Positions 36,685-44,271 of a stretch of 64,000 nt of DNA are shown here, piece after piece; positions within the stretch are counted from its first letter, which is position 1; each line of letters begins with the position of its first letter. The notes beneath the pieces are model-generated. The model did no database searches. It saw only the letters and a list, made by a program, of their open reading frames with translations, and had not been told where the DNA came from. Source of the stretch: Escherichia phage NRG-P0074; sequence record PQ480333.1; one strand, 5' to 3'. Made by a program: the position numbers and the translations under genes.

Positions 36685-37175
36685 TGATTAACAAAACATA
36701 TTGGTCTAATATAGACGATGGCGACGAAGGTATTTCGTATTATTCGGTAGATTGGACAGGATGTCCATCCTACTTAGTGAAACATATTTGCCAAGAATTT
36801 AAAATCGACCAGCCAGCAGGTATTATCGTGAACAGATACATTAATGGATATCAACCTATCGATGAAGTAATACGAACAACTCAAGCTGAGCTTGAAAAGT
36901 TTTTCAATAAGTGCCAATGGATAACAGGATGGATTATATTTGTACCGTCAGTATGGTTTTTTAGTACTAAAGTAAGTGCCTTTGCTATACTAGATATTAT
37001 CGCTATCTTATTAGCATCTACTATCGTAAGTATTATTGGTGGTATTATTGGTGGAGGTACTGTAGGCATCATTATTAATCTTGTTAAAAGTAGTTTACAA
37101 GAACATAAAGACAAGATAAAAGCCAAGAATAATGAAGTTGAACGTTTTATTACCGAATGCAGGAATTTGAGATGA
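36684..37175 (+). CDS. Membrane protein (163 aa)
   Basis: ATG start overlapping previous stop; C-terminal hydrophobic and glycine-rich segment (IIGGIIGGGTVGIIINLV). Confidence 0.5.
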   Translation: MINKTYWSNIDDGDEGISYYSVDWTGCPSYLVKHICQEFKIDQPAGIIVNRYINGYQPIDEVIRTTQAELEKFFNKCQWITGWIIFVPSVWFFSTKVSAFAILDIIAILLASTIVSIIGGIIGGGTVGIIINLVKSSLQEHKDKIKAKNNEVERFITECRNLR

Positions 37176-37408
37176 GTATAGCAATTTACATTAAATCAGA
37201 ATCATGTGATAGTTATCTGTACACATACGATAAAGATGTGTCAGAAGAAAAAATCAAAGACGATCTTAATATGGACCTTGATATGTTCTGTCCTATTGCA
37301 GATTACAAACTTGCGGTCTCTAATAGTGAAAGTCCATCTAAAGAAACGCGCATCGAAGAATTTATGTCCGAATTAATGGCCAAATCATGGGGCCGAGATG
37401 ATGAGTAA
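37172..37408 (+). CDS. Hypothetical protein (78 aa)
   Basis: ATGA overlap with preceding gene; ribosome-binding site AGGAAT. Confidence 0.4.
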   Translation: MSIAIYIKSESCDSYLYTYDKDVSEEKIKDDLNMDLDMFCPIADYKLAVSNSESPSKETRIEEFMSELMAKSWGRDDE

Positions 37409-37856
37409 GAAAAATAAAGTGAAAGAACTATCAGCCGGTATTATTTTCCTTACCGAAGATAAAGAATTATTCATGGGGCGTGTAACTGGTTCTCGTCCTA
37501 AAGGTTCTTTAGCTCATCGGTGGGATATTCCTAAAGGCCGTGTCGAACCTGGCGAATCTCCTATTGAAGCCGCTATTCGTGAATGCGAAGAAGAAACTGG
37601 GTTTACACAATATGACCCTGCCTTCCTGAAAGACCTAGGTGAACATCATTACTCAGACAATAAGAATATTCATCTGTTCTTATATACCATCCCTGTAGAG
37701 CACGAGCAATTCAGAAATAGTGTTTGTAATTCCTATCATACATTCCCAGACGGACGTCAGATTCCTGAATTTGATGCATTCGCTTTAATTAAACCTTCTC
37801 AATGGGAATATGTAATGGGCAAATCATTATATAAGGTGCTCACTACCCTCCTATAA
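37398..37856 (+). CDS. nudE: Nudix hydrolase
   Basis: Nudix box GRVEPGESPIEAAIRECEEETG; lies immediately upstream of lysozyme as in T4. Confidence 0.85.
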   Translation: MMSKKNKVKELSAGIIFLTEDKELFMGRVTGSRPKGSLAHRWDIPKGRVEPGESPIEAAIRECEEETGFTQYDPAFLKDLGEHHYSDNKNIHLFLYTIPVEHEQFRNSVCNSYHTFPDGRQIPEFDAFALIKPSQWEYVMGKSLYKVLTTLL

Positions 37857-37864
37857 GTAATAAA

Positions 37865-37888
37865 TACCTCCTATAAACGTGGGAGGTA
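37865..37888 (+). promoter_or_regulatory. Hairpin sequestering the ribosome-binding site of gene e
   Basis: tacctcc ... gggaggta inverted repeat; the right arm is the GGGAGG ribosome-binding site; the same arrangement is documented for T4 gene e. Confidence 0.6.
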
Positions 37889-37890
37889 TT

Positions 37891-38379
37891 ATGAATATAT
37901 TTGAAATGCTTCGTAATGACGAAGGTCTTAGACTGACTTTATACAAAGACACTGAAGGCTTTTGGACGATTGGCATAGGCCATTTAGTAACAAAGAACCC
38001 GTCTTTAGCCGTAGCTAAAGCTGAACTTGACAGAATGATCGGACGTAAATGCAACGGTACAATTACCCTTGATGAGGCTGAAAAGCTATTTAATGAAGAC
38101 GTTGATAAAGCCGTTCGCGGAATCTTGGGTAATGCTAAACTTAAACCGGTATATGATTCTTTAGATGCAGTTCGTCGGTGTGCATTGGTCAATATGGTCT
38201 TCCAAATGGGTGTAGCAGGAGTCGCCGGTTTTACTAATTCTCTTCGTATGCTTCAACAGAAACGTTGGGATGAAGCGGCAGTAAATCTAGCCCAATCTAA
38301 ATGGTATCGTCAGACACCTAATCGCGCGAAACGCGTAATCTCAACATTTAAAACAGGAACTTGGAAAGCGTATATATGA
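37891..38379 (+). CDS. e: Endolysin (T4 lysozyme)
   Basis: [32 protein letters not shown]... near-identical to T4 lysozyme. Confidence 0.97.
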   Translation: MNIFEMLRNDEGLRLTLYKDTEGFWTIGIGHLVTKNPSLAVAKAELDRMIGRKCNGTITLDEAEKLFNEDVDKAVRGILGNAKLKPVYDSLDAVRRCALVNMVFQMGVAGVAGFTNSLRMLQQKRWDEAAVNLAQSKWYRQTPNRAKRVISTFKTGTWKAYI

Positions 38380-38657
38380 AAACATATAGTGAATTTTTAT
38401 CAGAATCTATTCTTAACGAAGCTACTGACACATTTGCAACTAAGCTAGGTGCAGCTTTGGTTGAAGCTGAAAGTCTATTAGCACGTATTTCTGAACTTGC
38501 TAGTAAGATAGATACTCGCAAATTTGAACGTACCAGCGATATCGCTAAGCTTGAAGCTTTGTTACGTATGTGCGATAAACCGGAAGAAATCGCTAAGAAC
38601 GGCTCGTTAATGAAACAACGTCTTGAAAAATATATTTCAGGCGCTTCAGAAAAATAG
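38376..38657 (+). CDS. Internal protein (Ip) with capsid targeting sequence
   Basis: ATG overlaps the e stop (ATGA); N-terminus [16 protein letters not shown]... Confidence 0.6.
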   Translation: MKTYSEFLSESILNEATDTFATKLGAALVEAESLLARISELASKIDTRKFERTSDIAKLEALLRMCDKPEEIAKNGSLMKQRLEKYISGASEK

Positions 38658-38711
38658 TGTTTACTTCCTCCAAGGACTTTGATACTATACATTCATCAAC
38701 TACTTGGAGGA
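38658..38711 (+). promoter_or_regulatory. Early promoter with inverted repeat whose right arm contains the denV ribosome-binding site
   Basis: gtttac; arms ttcctccaag / cttggaggaa. Confidence 0.45.
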
Positions 38712-38715
38712 AATT

Positions 38716-39129
38716 ATGACTCGTATCAATTTAACACTTGTTTCTGAACTGTCCGACCAACATCTTATGGCTGAGTATCGTGAATTACCACGCGTATTTG
38801 GTGCAGTCCGTAAACATGTTCAAAACGGTAAACGTGTAAAGGATTTTAAAATCTCTCCAACATTTATCTTAGGCACAGGTCACGTAACATTCTTTTACGA
38901 CAAACTCGAATTTTTACGTTTACGTCAAATCGAGCTAATCGCTGAATGTTTGAAACGTGGTTTCAAAATCAAGGACACGACAGTCCAGGATATTTCCGAC
39001 ATCCCTGCCGAATTTCGTAATAATTATGTCCCGTCCGAAGCGTCCATTGCGATAAGTCAAGCACGCTTAGATGAAAAAATTGCTCAACGTCCGACTTGGT
39101 ACAAATACTATGGTAAATCAATTTACTAA
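38716..39129 (+). CDS. denV: Endonuclease V (pyrimidine dimer DNA glycosylase)
   Basis: [35 protein letters not shown]... near-identical to T4 DenV. Confidence 0.95.
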   Translation: MTRINLTLVSELSDQHLMAEYRELPRVFGAVRKHVQNGKRVKDFKISPTFILGTGHVTFFYDKLEFLRLRQIELIAECLKRGFKIKDTTVQDISDIPAEFRNNYVPSEASIAISQARLDEKIAQRPTWYKYYGKSIY

Positions 39130-39135
39130 GGAAAA

Positions 39136-39396
39136 ATGAAAATGTATCAAGAATTTATCATTGAAGCAGATGCCAAAGGTCCTAAATTTAAAGTTAAAGC
39201 TTTCATTGGTGATGCGGAAGACTTTGGCTCATTAAAACGTAATGGGTATTCTTTCTTAGGTGGCGATGGTAAAGAAATCAACACCTATGCAAAACGTAGT
39301 GAAATTGCTTATGTTGTAGCAAGTCCTAAAGTAGATGTTGACGATATTGGATATGATTTTAACAACTTCGGAATTATTTCTGGCGGTAAAGCTTAA
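39136..39396 (+). CDS. Internal protein (Ip) with capsid targeting sequence
   Basis: N-terminus MKMYQEFIIEA; 86 aa. Confidence 0.6.
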   Translation: MKMYQEFIIEADAKGPKFKVKAFIGDAEDFGSLKRNGYSFLGGDGKEINTYAKRSEIAYVVASPKVDVDDIGYDFNNFGIISGGKA

Positions 39397-39399
39397 ATT

Positions 39400-39429
39400 G
39401 TTTACGCTTAAGTATTAATATGGTATAAT
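39400..39429 (+). promoter_or_regulatory. Early promoter (GTTTAC, TGgTATAAT)
   Basis: gtttac at 39400-39405, extended -10 tggtataat. Confidence 0.5.
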
Positions 39430-39459
39430 TACTCTATCAAAACAAACAAGGAAACAAAA

Positions 39460-39777
39460 ATGAAAACGTATAAAGAATTTATTGCAGAATCCGCCAACCA
39501 ACGCGTTGAAGGTGGTTATATTTGGATTGAACAAGTTGAGCCACCGAGCCGCACTTCTACAGGTAAATGGAAAATTACTGTTGACGGTCCTGGTGGTAAA
39601 CGTAGGACTCTTAAAGAAATTAATGGGTACTATGAAGAAGCTCTTTCGGATGCAGGAACTTACATGATGCAAATCATGATTAAAAACCCTGAAAACCGTT
39701 TTGCAGCTAAAGTCTTCCGTCGTATTGGTAATAAACTTTATGATGCATACTCTAAAAACTTCCCTAAAGAATAACAT
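39460..39777 (+). CDS. Internal protein (Ip) with capsid targeting sequence
   Basis: N-terminus MKTYKEFIAES; 105 aa. Confidence 0.65.
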
Positions 39778-39799
39778 AAATTAAAACAATAGGAACAAA

Positions 39800-40129
39800 A
39801 TGAAAACATATCAGGAGTTTATCACTGAAGTTACATTATCTGCGGAACAGAAAGCTGCTATCGAAGAAGGTAAAAATCCCAAAGTAACATACAAAGTAAA
39901 TAGTAAAGGCGTTTTTGATGGCTTGGTTCAAGACCCTGAATTGAAAAAAGCTCTTTCTAAAACTAATGCGTACTTTGCTCCTAAATTTAACACAGCCGGT
40001 GTACTTATTGGATTGGATGTATTCAACTCTAAAGGTGTTCTATCTAATGCCTTTGGTTATGCCGCTAACAAAATTACCAAAGCCGCATGGGAATCCAATA
40101 CCAAACAAGCTCAAAAGCCTAGAGTATAA
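39800..40129 (+). CDS. Internal protein (Ip) with capsid targeting sequence
   Basis: N-terminus MKTYQEFITEV; 109 aa. Confidence 0.65.
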   Translation: MKTYQEFITEVTLSAEQKAAIEEGKNPKVTYKVNSKGVFDGLVQDPELKKALSKTNAYFAPKFNTAGVLIGLDVFNSKGVLSNAFGYAANKITKAAWESNTKQAQKPRV

Positions 40130-40302
40130 TTCTTGCCTAATAAAGGGAAACGCAACCTCTCCTCATGAACGTCGAGTCCTCTGAGTGATGTACCTTTTCC
40201 AACCTGTAATAAGGTCGAGCGCAATGCGGTAATGGGTTTACATAGCGAGTCGAAGGACCTAACATGTGCCACGGAATGGCCCCAACCTAAAAGAGAAACT
40301 AA

Positions 40303-40842
40303 ATGAGAACATTTTTAACTGGACCTTATCTATCCCTGATGAATGCTTTTACACACCATTCTGATGCTAGAGTAGAAGAAATTTGTAAGAACGGTTATAT
40401 CCCACCGTTTGAAGACGTACTCAAGCAGTACTGTACACTTCGTTTAGACGGCGGCAGACAATCAGGTAAATCGACCGCAGTAACTAATTTTGCTGCTAAT
40501 TGGCTGTATGATGGTGGAACAGTTATTGTTCTTTCTAATACTTCAGCTTATGCTAAAATTTCTGCTGGCAACATTGAAAAAGAATTTTCTCGTTATTCTA
40601 GCGATGATATTCGATTCCGTTTATTTACTGATTCTGTTCGTAGTTTTATTGGCAATGAAGGTTCTAAATTCCGTGGATTAACGCTTTCTCGTATTCTGTA
40701 TATAATTGACGAGCCTATTAAAGCTCCTGATATGGATAAGATTTACAATGTCCACATTAAAACAGTACAGCACTGCTGCAAAAGCAAATATTGCATCGGC
40801 GGTAATGCTCGTCCTCAATTTTTTGTGATTGGAATGCAATGA
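40303..40842 (+). CDS. Small P-loop NTPase (179 aa)
   Basis: Walker A GGRQSGKST and Walker B-like ILYIIDEP; weak ribosome-binding site. Confidence 0.5.
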   Translation: MRTFLTGPYLSLMNAFTHHSDARVEEICKNGYIPPFEDVLKQYCTLRLDGGRQSGKSTAVTNFAANWLYDGGTVIVLSNTSAYAKISAGNIEKEFSRYSSDDIRFRLFTDSVRSFIGNEGSKFRGLTLSRILYIIDEPIKAPDMDKIYNVHIKTVQHCCKSKYCIGGNARPQFFVIGMQ

Positions 40843-41147
40843 TGACCACTATTGAAGTTTTTGAGTATTGTTATAACAGCCCAGTATGCAATAAAAGGGC
40901 TCTTGTAGAAAATTACGAGATTTACCATTTTAAACCTAAACGATATCGTTTGACTAAAGGTCCGTTCGCAGGGCAGCAGGTTCTTTGTACTGCTCCTAAT
41001 GCACGGTTGATGACTAGTATTCCGCATTTCAAAATGGAATTTATTGATGGGCCATTTAAGGGATTAATCACTCAAAGTTTAATGGCGTTTAATTCCGACC
41101 CATTTTTGATTAAAGAAAAATCTTGGATAAATTTATTTTCTAATTGA
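40839..41147 (+). CDS. Hypothetical protein (102 aa)
   Basis: ORF overlapping the previous stop. Confidence 0.4.
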   Translation: MMTTIEVFEYCYNSPVCNKRALVENYEIYHFKPKRYRLTKGPFAGQQVLCTAPNARLMTSIPHFKMEFIDGPFKGLITQSLMAFNSDPFLIKEKSWINLFSN

Positions 41148-41153
41148 GGTTAT

Positions 41154-41516
41154 ATGAAAGCATATCAAATTCTTGAAGGTGCACATAAAGGCACTATTTA
41201 TTTTGAAGACGGTACTCAAGCCCGGATTATTGTCTCTAAGACTTTTAAAGAAGACACTATTGTAGACCCGGAAATTTTCTACGGTTTGCATGCCCGTGAA
41301 ATTGAAATTGAACATCAACCTAAAGTTAAAATTGAAGGTGGTCAACATCTGAACGTTAACGTTCTGCGTCGCGAAACTCTGGAAGATGCAGTTAAACATC
41401 CGGAAAAATATCCGCAGCTGACCATCCGTGTATCTGGTTATGCAGTTCGCTTTAACTCTCTGACTCCGGAACAGCAGCGCGACGTTATCGCTCGTACCTT
41501 TACTGAGAGTCTATAA
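41154..41516 (+). CDS. Autonomous glycyl radical cofactor (GrcA/YfiD-like; T4 Y06I-like)
   Basis: C-terminus ...[60 protein letters not shown] carries the glycyl-radical motif RVSGYAV and matches the remembered E. coli GrcA C-terminus. Confidence 0.8.
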   Translation: MKAYQILEGAHKGTIYFEDGTQARIIVSKTFKEDTIVDPEIFYGLHAREIEIEHQPKVKIEGGQHLNVNVLRRETLEDAVKHPEKYPQLTIRVSGYAVRFNSLTPEQQRDVIARTFTESL

Positions 41517-41740
41517 TGGCTAAATTGATTATAGAAGGGTCTGAAGATGTTTTAAAATGTTTTGCCGCCTGGTTTAGTTGCTCAGGCGAGCAATCATTCA
41601 TTGAAGCATTTAGAATGGGTGATATTACTGGAAACTATCCGACAACTGATATCACTGTACATGGATATGGTATTAATGAGCCTATCCAATTGGTCGAATA
41701 TGACCTTGCCACTGATGAGGAAATTCCTTATGTCGATTGA
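41516..41740 (+). CDS. Hypothetical protein (74 aa)
   Basis: ORF with overlapping start. Confidence 0.4.
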   Translation: MAKLIIEGSEDVLKCFAAWFSCSGEQSFIEAFRMGDITGNYPTTDITVHGYGINEPIQLVEYDLATDEEIPYVD

Positions 41741-41996
41741 AGACATCAAAGGCTACAAGCCACATACCGACGATAAAATCAGTAAAGTGAACGCTATTAA
41801 AGATGCAGAAGTCCGTCTTGGATTGATGTTTGATGCTCTGATTGAAGAAGCATATATCTTGAAAGAAAATGAAACAGAGCAACAAACCAAAGAAGATATG
41901 GATGCAGTGCAGGCTCTTAAGTATGCTAAGCAACATCTAAAAGAAGCCAGCATGTGGGCGTGTCGTGCAGTATTTCGACCTGAGGAAAAATACTAA
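41730..41996 (+). CDS. Hypothetical protein (88 aa)
   Basis: Start moved to ATG 41730 (ribosome-binding site GATGAGG) to avoid out-of-frame overlap in the 144-aa track ORF. Confidence 0.4.
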   Translation: MSIEDIKGYKPHTDDKISKVNAIKDAEVRLGLMFDALIEEAYILKENETEQQTKEDMDAVQALKYAKQHLKEASMWACRAVFRPEEKY

Positions 41997-42211
41997 TGGC
42001 TTCTACTATTACTGGGTTATTGGACTTCCAAGAAAAGGTCAACAAAATTTGTAGTGAATACTTAAAGTATCTTGAAGAAGACCTTGAAGATTGTAAGGAA
42101 GAAGGCGAAGAAGACTATGCTGACCAGCGTCGCCGCCAAATCGAAGAGATGAGGCATTTCGCCAATATGGTATCTAAAGAATCTTGGGCTTTAACTCCGT
42201 TTTATCAATAA
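41996..42211 (+). CDS. Hypothetical acidic protein (71 aa)
   Basis: ORF with TAATG overlap. Confidence 0.4.
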   Translation: MASTITGLLDFQEKVNKICSEYLKYLEEDLEDCKEEGEEDYADQRRRQIEEMRHFANMVSKESWALTPFYQ

Positions 42212-42215
42212 AGTA

Positions 42216-42265
42216 GTTTACTTCTCCTCTAGTTGTGTTACTATAGACCTGTCAACTAGAGGAGA
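42216..42265 (+). promoter_or_regulatory. PeSL-like early promoter upstream of regB (13-bp inverted repeat)
   Basis: gtttac; arms tctcctctagttg / caactagaggaga flank tgttactatagacctgt; right arm contains the ribosome-binding site. Confidence 0.55.
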
Positions 42266-42272
42266 AATCAAA

Positions 42273-42731
42273 ATGACTATCAATTCGGAAGTTTTTATCC
42301 GCCGTAATAAACTCCGTCGAATCTTTGAAACGGAGTTCCGCAAAATAAATGCCAGTATAAAAGACGCTGCAAAGTCTCTTGGACTACCAGGCTTTCATAT
42401 CAAGTATTCTCAACATCTCTTAGATCGTGCTATCCAGAGAGAAATAGATGAGAATTACGTTTTTGAATTATTTCGTAAAGTAAAAAATCATGTTAAAGAA
42501 GTTGCAGAATTTTTATCAATGCCGGCACGTCCAGATGTTGATGAAGATTTTGTCGAAGGTGTCGAATATCGCCCAGGACGTTTAGAAATAACTGATGGAA
42601 ATCTTTGGTTAGGACTTACAGTTTGTCGCGAAAATCCAGCATTCAAAATGAAGACTCTTCAATGCAGAATGGCTATTATTAACAGTAAACGACTACCAGG
42701 AAAAGCTTCTAAAGCAGTGATTAAAATCTAG
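42273..42731 (+). CDS. regB: RegB site-specific endoribonuclease
   Basis: MTINSEVFIRRNKLRRIFETEFRKIN...GRLEITDGNLWLG... matches remembered T4 RegB. Confidence 0.85.
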   Translation: MTINSEVFIRRNKLRRIFETEFRKINASIKDAAKSLGLPGFHIKYSQHLLDRAIQREIDENYVFELFRKVKNHVKEVAEFLSMPARPDVDEDFVEGVEYRPGRLEITDGNLWLGLTVCRENPAFKMKTLQCRMAIINSKRLPGKASKAVIKI

Positions 42732-42739
42732 AGGTAAAC

Positions 42740-43282
42740 ATGAGAAAAGCACTACTCGCTGGTCTATTTGCTCTTTCATTATCAGCACATAGCTCCGAGC
42801 ATACTTTTAGTAATGTCCAACTCGATAACTTGAATTATGCTTATCAGTTTGGGGAACAGTTTTCTAAGGACGGAAAATTTAAAACGCATGAAAATATGCA
42901 TAAGAAAGGACTTGGATACATAATGGCCGCAATACTATGGCAGGAATCATCTGCCGGTATTAATCTTAAAGATAAGAAAGGTCACCATGCGTATGGAATG
43001 TTCCAAAATTATCTACCAACAATGAGGGCAAGAATTAACCAGCTTGGTTATAATATGACTGATGCCCAAATTAAGAAAATGCTATCTAAGCGGTCTAATT
43101 CAACCAGATGGGCTTATATCGAATTTTCTTATTGGTTAAATATACATAACGGGGATATAAGAAAAGCTATATCCTCATATAATGCGGGATGGAAGACAAG
43201 TGCTGGAAGTAAATATGCTTCTGAAGTCCTAGAAAAGGCTAATTACCTTAAATCAAATAAACTACTGGAAATAAAAGAATGA
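42740..43282 (+). CDS. Secreted/periplasmic protein (180 aa; possibly T4 vs.1-like)
   Basis: N-terminal signal peptide MRKALLAGLFALSLSAHS; position after regB. Confidence 0.5.
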   Translation: MRKALLAGLFALSLSAHSSEHTFSNVQLDNLNYAYQFGEQFSKDGKFKTHENMHKKGLGYIMAAILWQESSAGINLKDKKGHHAYGMFQNYLPTMRARINQLGYNMTDAQIKKMLSKRSNSTRWAYIEFSYWLNIHNGDIRKAISSYNAGWKTSAGSKYASEVLEKANYLKSNKLLEIKE

Positions 43283-43626
43283 CCAAAATGTTGGCTTTAA
43301 TAGTTGGCTTGGTTTCATTTAACGCTCTTGCTAATACAACATATACTGATGTAACGGAGTATACAAACAGAACGGCGTCTGATTATTGTGGTAAAAGTCA
43401 AGAGTGTAAAGTAGATTTTTCACAAAAATTGTTATATGCGTATAAAGACGGAGAAAAAGATGGGGCGTCTAGTAGGTTCAAGGCGTCTACCTTAATTAAA
43501 AGATACTATAAAAAATGGCAAATATTAGAATGCTCTGTGGCGGAACCTAAAGATAAGGCAGCATGCAATTCTATGGTGGACCGTCTAGTTGACTCTTATA
43601 CTAGAGGACTTGCAGCAAGTGATTAA
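43279..43626 (+). CDS. Secreted protein (115 aa; possibly T4 vs-like)
   Basis: Signal peptide MTKMLALIVGLVSFNALA; 115 aa equals T4 Vs length; identity not verified. Confidence 0.4.
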   Translation: MTKMLALIVGLVSFNALANTTYTDVTEYTNRTASDYCGKSQECKVDFSQKLLYAYKDGEKDGASSRFKASTLIKRYYKKWQILECSVAEPKDKAACNSMVDRLVDSYTRGLAASD

Positions 43627-44083
43627 AAACTATATCAAGGGCGATATTGTCGCCCTGTTTTCTAAAGGTAATAATATTGCTCATGGGTGTAATTGTTTTC
43701 ATACAATGGGCGCTGGTGTGGCAGGACAATTAGCAAAGGCTTATCCAAAAATTCTGGAAGCCGATAAACTTCAAACCGAATTCGGAGACAAGTCTAAACT
43801 CGGGACTTATTCGGTTTATGAAAAATATTTTAAGACCCATAAAGCTTATTGCTTTAATCTTTATACACAGTTTGAGCCGGGACCTAATTTTGAGTACTCT
43901 GCTTTAATGAATTGTATAATAGAATTAAATGAATTCGGAAAGAATAAGATAATAAAGCCTGTAATTTATATGCCTAGAATTGGTGCAGGTATTGGTGGTG
44001 GAAACTGGGATATCATCGAAGAGATTTTAGATACGTATTCCACTAAACTAGAAATTGTGATTGTTGATTGGGAACCTAAATGA
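43589..44083 (+). CDS. Macro-domain protein, TARG1/DarG-like (ADP-ribose-removing hydrolase family)
   Basis: KGDIVALF...IAHGCNCFHTMGAGVAGQLAKAYP and PRIGAGIGGGNWDIIEEIL resemble remembered TARG1 motifs (KGDLFAC...LAHCISEDCRMGAGIA, PRIGCGLDRLQW); start codon uncertain (TTG 43589 or GTG 43619). Confidence 0.65.
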   Translation: MTLILEDLQQVIKNYIKGDIVALFSKGNNIAHGCNCFHTMGAGVAGQLAKAYPKILEADKLQTEFGDKSKLGTYSVYEKYFKTHKAYCFNLYTQFEPGPNFEYSALMNCIIELNEFGKNKIIKPVIYMPRIGAGIGGGNWDIIEEILDTYSTKLEIVIVDWEPK

Positions 44084-44262
44084 AATTAACTAAAGAAGAG
44101 AAAGCTAAATTGTTCGAACTTATCCATGACCTATTGGATGAGCAAGCAGCCACCAATGCGTATGATGAATATGCTCCTTTGACGGATGAAGAATATCACG
44201 CATTGATGGAATCATTTGACAGGAAAGAACAAGAACTCATTGACTACGTGAATTCACTATAA
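44080..44262 (+). CDS. Hypothetical acidic protein (60 aa)
   Basis: ORF with ATGA overlap. Confidence 0.4.
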   Translation: MKLTKEEKAKLFELIHDLLDEQAATNAYDEYAPLTDEEYHALMESFDRKEQELIDYVNSL

Positions 44263-44271
44263 GGGACTCTT

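Noticed and set aside
33970-37400. Looked for the tRNA gene cluster that T4 carries between ipI and e
   Set aside because: The interval is densely coding on the plus strand and I could not see tRNA-like T-loop (GTTCRAnYC) plus acceptor-stem structures; judged absent, but a tRNA scan is needed to be sure
37851-39777. Minus-strand ORFs 37851..38192, 38348..38692 and 39415..39777
   Set aside because: Antisense to lysozyme and the internal-protein genes; no ribosome-binding sites; composition typical of non-coding frames
41562-41996. 144-aa ORF from the track
   Set aside because: Its 5' part overlaps the 74-aa gene out of frame; a start at ATG 41730 with a ribosome-binding site gives a non-overlapping 88-aa gene instead
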